64,000 nucleotides of DNA from Trichinella spiralis (taxonomy: Eukaryota): NCBI RefSeq assembly GCF_000181795.1, contig NW_003526940.1:965527-1029526 (forward strand), read 5' to 3'. A model generated the notes under the pieces. It worked only from the letters and a program-made list of their open reading frames with translations, had not been told where the DNA came from and made no database searches. Of the stretch, positions 56,070 to 64,000 are shown piece after piece. The position numbers and the translations under genes were made by a program. Positions within the stretch are counted from its first letter, which is position 1. Each line of letters begins with the position of its first letter.

Positions 56070-56976
56070 TTGATTCCAAAATTTTTTTACTTTGATAACT
56101 AACATTTTATCACACATTTGTGCTATTGTTGAATTTTTTCAAATTAAATTTCATCGTGTTGCATTTCAGCTGTTTGAGTATTTAAAACGATGCATTTAAA
56201 TTACTGTTTTGATGTAATCGGACGACAAGTTTAATGCTAAGCGTTAAGAAAATTCCATTGGATGTGCTTTTAAAAATTTTGTTTCAAAAATGTGAGAAAA
56301 GAAAATTAAAACTTTTTTTCAAATTCATACGTTACCATTCAATGTTTTGCTTTGCGTTACTTGTTTTATTGCTTACGCAAATAAAAATGCTAAATTTTAT
56401 TTTTTTATGATTAATGTTTGAGAAATGCCAACATTTTCAACTTCTGCCAAGACACGAGGAAATATATAACACTGAAAATATATTTTAAATAGAGTTCAAA
56501 TTAGTTTAACTGGTTTAAATAGGTCAAATTTTATACATAAATACATTATCACTACTGAGACTGATTATATATACAGTTACTGCTATTTAGTAAATTGAAA
56601 AATGTTTTCATAAAATTATTTAACTTAAAAATTAAATTTCCAGAATTAATTTTAAAAAAATGTAAATATTATTTCATAATAGTCCGTAAAATGCACGGCA
56701 CAACAAACTTAATTTTCAAATGAACGCACCTACAGTATTCATGTATGTAATTTATGTAACTTATGCAAAAGCTCTACGACTGCAGTAATTTAAGCATGGC
56801 GAAGTAAGTATTTTAAGTGCGAATTTCATTTATATTTAACTGTTATTATCATGACAGGATAGTTATATTTACATTAAATTACATTTCATATTATGCTATT
56901 AGTCGTTAAGTATAAATATTTCAAACCTAAATTACGGTTTTAGCTTTTATAGCAAAATCTTAAAGTCATTCATTTA

Positions 56977-58722
56977 ATGATGGAGCAGCCACTTAAAGAT
57001 GATATCGTCTCAAAGGTAGAGGATACGCTTAATGATTTGCTTGAAGAAGTAACTGAACTGTTGGATAGTGAAGGTATTCCAAGGAAGTTTATTTTATTCA
57101 GAATTTTATTTATAGATTGATTTGTAGATAATTTATATTAATATTGATTTAGATAGTTTGAATAAAGAAAATGTTTTCATGCAGGAAGATGACACTGATG
57201 ACGAACAGAGCAGTACAGAAATGAAACCAACGATCATCTTAAATGTGGAACAACGTCTTTTTCATCTACTGCTTAAATCGTATGATCTCTTGATCTTCTC
57301 TATCGCACAACAGTTTAGAATTGTATCAGAAGAAATAGAACGTACCAGAGGTGGATTACCAATTTCACTAAAAGAATGTGAAGTCAGCTTTGAACAGTTC
57401 AGCAAATTAATACACAGTGAACATTTGGAGAAACAAGTGAATCTGATGTATGAATATGTTGGTGTTTGGAAGATTGAAGGATTTTTGATACCTAATTTGA
57501 AGCCTAATGACTTGGTTATCGTTTTGCGTAACCTTCCTGATCCCAGGAGTTTTTATGAAACGATGAAAATAACGGTATTGCTTCTGCTTTGTCTCAGAAG
57601 AGATTATTATGCTGGCAACGATTCACATGTTCTATCTGTAAGGAAAACTCGAATATATTTGAAGTTTTTGCTTCATCAAAGGGAATTAATCACTGCTAAA
57701 CTGAGGTCCATCTGCCACGAGCAAGTTTACCAGTCAATAATCAATGATTCAAGGTAAAAATGTTTGCTGTAACTGTTCAGTTCGTCGACATGTTTGTTGT
57801 CGAATACAAATACTTCATAATAATAATGTTCACTATGTATTTATGATTTACATCATTTGTTTACTTATTCAATTTAGATGTTGCGTAGGTTAGCCGTTTC
57901 TTTATTATTCATTGTTTGTTTGTATGCTTTTCATATTACAGTATGACATGATTTTAAAGTTTAAACTTGTTTTTGTATACTTGAATATTTAGAAATTTAT
58001 TCTTAAATTTTTTATAAAGTTCTACGTTTTGATTTATAGTGAAAATGAAATTTCCCGTCAAACATGTACTTTGTGTGCTTCATATCAATGCTGCTTTAGA
58101 TGCAATGACGAGCTAATGCAGTACAGACACAGTGCTCTTTCTCCTTCCGAGCTTACAACAAATGGAAATGCCAGTGTTAATTCGAGTCATTTTTAGCAGA
58201 ATTGAAAATAATAATTTGAACAGCTTTTATCTTTTTTTTATTTAGATATTATAAATGACTTGGTTATTTACAACTATGTTAAAGCGCTATCGAATTGGAT
58301 ATCAGTTAAAAAGGATGTACAGTGCAGTCTGTGAGATTTTTTCATTATATTGCGTTGTTGTCGTTTTACACATTTATGTGTGGATTTTCAGCGAGAGAGA
58401 TTCAAGCATTTTAAGAAATACTGCTCCCGATACATGCAGTGGTTCTGTTCGCCCAGACGAAAGGAAAAATAAAAATTCAAAGCAGAGACAAGAATCATTG
58501 ATGAAGATACGATGTGGTTTGCTGCAACGCTCTCAAAAATCAGTATCAGAAAGTGAAACGTCGTCGTCATTAAGAAAGTCGAAGAGGAAAAGTAGTAAGT
58601 TCTGTGAAGACAAGTTTGATGAAGCAATTAATTACAAGTTTGTTTGTTTGTTATTTTATTGTGCTGTTTTTTTAGGTAGAAAATTATCTTCAATTACTAG
58701 TGAAGAAAACAGTTCATCGTAA
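56977..58722 (+). CDS. Hypothetical multi-exon protein of unknown function
   Basis: Exon 56977-57073 (acidic, MMEQPLKDD...) joins in phase to the large exon 57153-57753. Probable further exons at about 58040 (Cys-rich CTLCASYQCCFRC), about 58392 (basic/Ser-rich) and about 58676-58722. The 3' structure is uncertain. Confidence 0.55.
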
Positions 58723-59183
58723 TTCAAAATTCGACAAAGAAGAATTCGGTGAGATAATGAAATCCAGTTTGATCGAAAAGTGATATTTTTTGTCGATACT
58801 GAAATGATTAAAATCATAAAATGGACGATGTAATGTTTCTGCAAATTGAAGTTCTATTAACGTGAAATAATTGCACAAATCCGAGTGTACGGATAATAGT
58901 AATAAAAGAGATTAGACAGATTGATAGATAGATTTAATAATGAAAATGAGTTTCGCTTAAACAGTTTAGTTGAAATTATGTGCAAAGAAAAGTGAAATAT
59001 TATAAATATTGGTCGAGTGTAGTGGAATGTTGATTTTGGTGAAAGAATGTGCTGTTTCCAGTGTTGAAAAGTGTACCGAAATGCGCTCAGCTTAGAAAAT
59101 TGTCGTACTGTTATTTTTGTAAGAAAAGTTATCAGTAAAAATTACTGTTGATTTATTCACCGGATGAAAGAAATGTAGAAAAG

Positions 59184-60086
59184 TTATGCTAAAACAGTGT
59201 AACTTGTGGAACGTTCTGCGGCCACTGGAATCGCAGTGTTGTCCAGACGATCGACGGATGCAGCATTTGGAATAAATCGTTGTTCTTCAACTTGTTTGGC
59301 ATCCGAAGTGGACTTTTCTCTGAACGAATCACCAAAACGTCGGAAAGGAGTTTTTGTATTCGAAGGTCTGACGCCTGTACTCTTCAGGACAGTGTCGTAA
59401 ATGTGGTCGGTTGAATTTTGGTTCTGAAATTTCTCCTTGAGCTCAGCAACAAGCAACCTGTAAAGGGTTCTTGTGCGCAACGACAGTGGCGGTCGTCGGT
59501 CTGCTGACCACTGACCACGACCGCGCTGTTCGTCCAATTGAAGATGCAAAGCACTTCGCTTTTGCGGAAGCAGAATCAACTTTTCGACCAACGAATGAAG
59601 CATGAAAGCGGTTTCGGGAGAATCGCAGCGGAATGTCATCAGATCGCAGCAACCGTTTTCCAAAGCTCGGACGAGCACAACGAAATCATGATAAGGCACA
59701 CATCCCAATGTGCAAGTTTGCACCATGTCGGCACCAATGCGACGCTTCACCAGAACCGTTTTCACCTTGCGATGATTGTTGACCAACAAATACGGCTGCA
59801 CCAGTCTCAAGCCTTGATGGCTCACTTCCAGAGTCAATTTGATTGGTACAATTTTGGCAGTTTTTCTGATAGCCTCTTTGACTTCTTTGGCCAGTTTGCG
59901 TTGATCAACCGAAACACTCTGACTCAAAGGCTTGTATCCAAAGAACCATCCGTAAAAGCTGCTCCTGTCGGTCCACTCGTCCGCGGATATTTTACCATTG
60001 GCAGATTGGTTGTGTCGATGAACGTTGTTGGTTTGGATTTTGATTTTCCTCGCAGATGCTGTTCGTTTCTCTTTCCGTTGGAACAT
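59184..60086 (-). CDS. PTB/PID-like domain protein, single exon (~300 aa)
   Basis: ATG at 60086. FYGWFFGYKP...LTLEVSHQGLRLV...VVLVR...MTFRCDSPETAFMLHSLVEKL follows the PTB-fold pattern (F..YLG; lxVsxxGlrl; vFrCds.e.A). C-terminal LVAELKEKF helix. Confidence 0.65.
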   Translation of the reverse strand: MFQRKEKRTASARKIKIQTNNVHRHNQSANGKISADEWTDRSSFYGWFFGYKPLSQSVSVDQRKLAKEVKEAIRKTAKIVPIKLTLEVSHQGLRLVQPYLLVNNHRKVKTVLVKRRIGADMVQTCTLGCVPYHDFVVLVRALENGCCDLMTFRCDSPETAFMLHSLVEKLILLPQKRSALHLQLDEQRGRGQWSADRRPPLSLRTRTLYRLLVAELKEKFQNQNSTDHIYDTVLKSTGVRPSNTKTPFRRFGDSFREKSTSDAKQVEEQRFIPNAASVDRLDNTAIPVAAERSTSYTVLA

Positions 60087-60107
60087 TGGACGAGGACAAA
60101 CAAACAA

Positions 60108-60124
60108 CAGCAGCAGCAGCAGCA
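60108..60124. repeat. (CAG)n microsatellite upstream of the PTB-like gene
   Basis: CAGCAGCAGCAGCAGCA run visible directly. Confidence 0.85.
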
Positions 60125-63100
60125 AACTTTAGCTAAAGTGAAAAAGGCTTGCAAAGCAATTGTTGATTTGTTTGCTTGTCAACTGCTCGACGCCAGCTAC
60201 GTACGTCGTCGTTAAGCAAACCATCCTCCAGAACTGGTTCTCAATTTTAAGCTAATTTCTTCGTTGGATTTTCACCTCAACCTACCTGATGATGCTTTCT
60301 CACGCACTGGTATGCCTCAGCTTTTCTCTCTTTCGCATACAATTCTACCTGTGCAAAGAAAACCTGGCGACCGTATGTCGCGTGCAAGGGTCAAAAAATT
60401 TTCTCACTCTCCACTAACATTCACTTCCCTGTCAACACTCTTCTACAACGATACTATTTGCTTATTCGAATACAATTAGAAACAGTACCATTTTAATATA
60501 TTCAATTTTGCAACATCGCAAAATGAGATTTTAATATCAAATATTTTCAATATTTTATTTATAAATTTGAATATTACCAGTGAAGTTTAGGGCAAATGTT
60601 GTGATTCATTGCAATGTAAAGGTATTTTGCAAATGCAGTGCAGAGGAAAATAGTTTTTGAAATATTCACAATATTTTGTAAACATCAAACTGAATTTTAA
60701 TGAAATTTTTCTTAAAGAAAGTGAAAAATATTTAAGAATAAAAAAACAAAAGTATTTACAAGTATTCATGTCATTTTTGAAAAATGCATTTTAATTTTAA
60801 ATAATTTGTGCTTAGTTGGAATTATTAAATTTAAACTGAACAAACTAACAGTTATGTTTCCTATTTGAAATATTGAATTAAAAAGTTTTTTTTATTTAGA
60901 ACTGATTTAGATAAAATAATTTCAAATTTTGAATTTTATTGAAAATGTATTATTAAAAATGAAGTTATTTGGGCATTTAAATATATTTTTTGTAGTTTGA
61001 GCAGAAAATTCTAAAATAAAAATTTAACGTTTCATATATCTAAACAAATAAATATAAACATGCAAAAAATGACATCAAATGAAAATATCAAAAATTAAAT
61101 ATTTTTAGTGGATGAAAATGAAAATATATTTGCTAATAGTATTTGGTTAAAAATTAATTTTTATCTAATAATTAGAGAATTCAAAAATCGATTAACTCTA
61201 CATTCAAATAATAATGGATTTTGTATTAAAAGAAAAATTATGTGTAAATAAATAAATATTCATGCATAACTTTTAGCATACCACTTTTGAGCAGAAATTC
61301 AACAAACTGCAGTAGCAGTCGTGTTGGTCTGACGTTATGTTGTTGTATGCATAGATGAAAAAATATATTTTATTTTAATCACAGCTCCAAAGTGTGTAAG
61401 AAACTAGTTCACAACGGCTAATTAGCATAGTTCACACTTGTGCAATGAACAACAATCTTGAAAATTTCTTCTTCGACTGGCAATCGGCGACCTCTGGCAA
61501 TTATCCGCACCTGAACCATTATTACCAGTTGTAAATTTCTATAGAGCAGTGTAATGCAAAGGATGAGAAAATTTGATCGTCCTGATTGGTTTGAAAAGGA
61601 AGCAGAAAACAATTTTTCTCTTACCATTATAGATTCGGCCAACAATGCATCACGCGCGTGAAACATGCTTGTTCTTGATTTATTAAGCTTCATTTGAATT
61701 GAAAATTGGCAATTAAAATATTCAATGAAAAATAAATAAACTTTCTGAAATTAAAACCATTACTGTAACTGAAAATTATTCAACAAGTATTTTTTTTCAA
61801 CTGCATTTACATTTTCAAATTAAAAACTTGAACTTCATTGCGGTAAAAAAATTTACTGCCATTAATTATATACACTGTGCAATATGTGCACAATGCTTCC
61901 AAATATTGCATCCTGTTTCTAATTTTTTACTTTCTAATTCGTCATTTAATTGCTTATTCAAAATTCTTGCGACAATGTTTTGTATCTAATGCATTACATA
62001 TACATATGTATGCATATACTGTAATCTTTGCATATTTTTGTAGAAATAAACTAGTGCGTGTGAAATTATTAAATTATTAAATCATGTGCGCAACATATTA
62101 TAAAAATAAACATACGGCTGAAATATGATTTTTAATTCAATTTAAATTTACAAAAAAGAAAAAATTACATCTCTGAGTTTGTATTTCTCTCAATTTATGT
62201 AAGTTTGGCACAAAATTTCATTTTTATATAGCAAAAAGGGTTCGTATGAAATTTACGATCAGAAACATTAATTATCAACTTTCATTATAGCAAAGTTTTT
62301 AATCATTGTAACTAAATAATTTAAAGCTATTTTTTAAATAAAAAGAATTCAAAAATGCACAACCAAAAAAGTGCATTCGTTTCTTCTTTACTAAAAGATA
62401 ATATATCTTCCATGACAATTAAAAATGCTCAAAATTTTTGAAATAAACTGCAACAACCTGTTGACTATCAAAATGCTTCCATTTAAACGTCACAAAAAAA
62501 AGAATTCGCAAAACTCAACGCAAGTCTAACAGTGACAGTCGCGCATTCACATATAATATCGGCAAGAGTAGGTATAAATGTTATACATTTTTACCAACCC
62601 ACACTGACAATTACTGTAAATATATACGGTGATGAAGCTAACAAAGCAAATACACAACGCATGATACAAAAGCTTTTGCAAAGATCTATTGTGAATATTA
62701 CAATTGTATATTATTTAAATAAAAGAAGTAATGAATTTAATGTCCGTGTAAAATAATCTGTTGAGAAAGGTGTTTTCAACAAAAATTATTCTTTTTGGCA
62801 TTACTTGTTTGCATGAAAAATTAGGATTACTTCATCTTAAGCTGAAAATGAATTTTCAGTAACATGAAATTTTTAAAACTGAAAAGAATAATTCAGTAAT
62901 TTGCATATTATCTTATTGACTTTCTACAATGCACTCTCATAAATAAAGTAGAAATTCATAAAATCAATTTGAGCTTCATGAGGCATTTGATTCATTTGAG
63001 CATGAAGCTGTGCGCAGTAACAAATAAATATGCGCTTTAAAAGGCATTTTCAATTGCTATTTGTAAAATTTTAAAATGTTTTCAAATTCTTCTAAACTGT

Positions 63101-64000
63101 AGGTTTACGCAAAACTATTATTTTTAAACAGCAATGCATGGAAATGCAAGCTTCAGTAAAAAACAACCAAGTAATTATTTTTTAATGTATTTTAATAAAA
63201 ACAAAAGATGAAATAAATCTGAAATCAAGTATGAATGCTAGTATAACAATTAATAATATATAATACGTGCATTAATTTAAAAATTTTTAATTTACACTAA
63301 CTGAACATCTTAACAATAAACAGTAAATGTCATTCCCTTATTCAGGGAGTACCCAGGGTTCTGCAATATGCAATAATATGTTCAACGCAGTTTTTATATC
63401 TCAATTATGAACATTTGTTTGCCGAGTACGTCGATGACAACGTGCTTAACTAAATCTCATGGCTGCTTCACTACTGATGGCTTTTGTGATGTACTGCTGT
63501 GATCACAATCTTTTATGCATTTTGTTGTCTCATGTTTTGTGCATACCAAACACTTACAGTGCCTTTCTATTCTCAAACTTGATATTTCCTGCTACTGCAT
63601 TTCGTGACTTACCGTGAATTGGTGATTTATTTATCTCCCATAAGTTGAATGTCAGTACAAAATGGATTGCCTCACTGAATAAGTTAATTTTATTCAATTG
63701 AAAAAAACTTCATTTACAACAGTATCTGTGAAAATAAATATTAGCAATAAACAGCCTTACATTATATTTGCTAGTCACACCCATGAGTTCTTAATTTATG
63801 AAAATCATAAAATTTTGCTTATTTTTACAAAGCTCGCACATGCTAGGAATTTCATAGCAGACATCTATGCGTCACAACCGCCAAACTGCCTAACATTGAT
63901 GTCAGTTCCATTTGATTTTTAATTTTACCATTTAATTTAGCAACATCTTAGCATCTGGCCATAATGATATTAAAACAAGTTAACAGAATCACAAGAAGAA

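Noticed and set aside
59538..60215. 225-aa plus-strand ORF with a polyQ run
   Set aside because: Antisense to the PTB-like gene; explained by higher GC and the CAG microsatellite.
61418..63922. Short ORFs and isolated GTAAG donors near the window end
   Set aside because: No coherent gene model; may be UTR exons or part of a gene extending beyond the window.

Overview
Eukaryotic, very AT-rich genomic DNA with short GT-AG introns. The gene content (FLP neuropeptide, nematode tandem-repeat galectin, serpentine receptor) indicates a nematode. It is probably a clade I parasite such as Trichinella, but that assignment is inference. Genes reconstructed by manual splicing, in order: an orphan type I membrane protein; an FMRFamide-like (flp-18-like) neuropeptide precursor that the ORF track largely misses; an orphan secreted protein; two tandem SLC7/LAT amino-acid transporters; a tandem-repeat galectin; a serpentine 7TM receptor; a secreted Gly/Pro/aromatic-rich protein; UDP-glucuronate decarboxylase (UXS1/sqv-1); CHRAC1 (also missed by the ORF track); COX7C; an hnRNP A1-like gene; a low-complexity protein with a Polyhomeotic HD1-like motif; a nest of dead transposons (piggyBac, Ty3/Gypsy with a tRNA-Ser primer binding site, Ginger/KRBA2-like integrase pieces); eIF3i; TM2D1; an unknown multi-exon gene; and a PTB-like protein. 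I saw no rRNA, tRNA or CRISPR. I cannot demonstrate a clearly new biological system. The best leads are the divergent PGLMRFamide precursor, the HD1-like protein with an upstream ORF, a candidate operon, CTCF-like motifs and several orphan secreted or membrane proteins.
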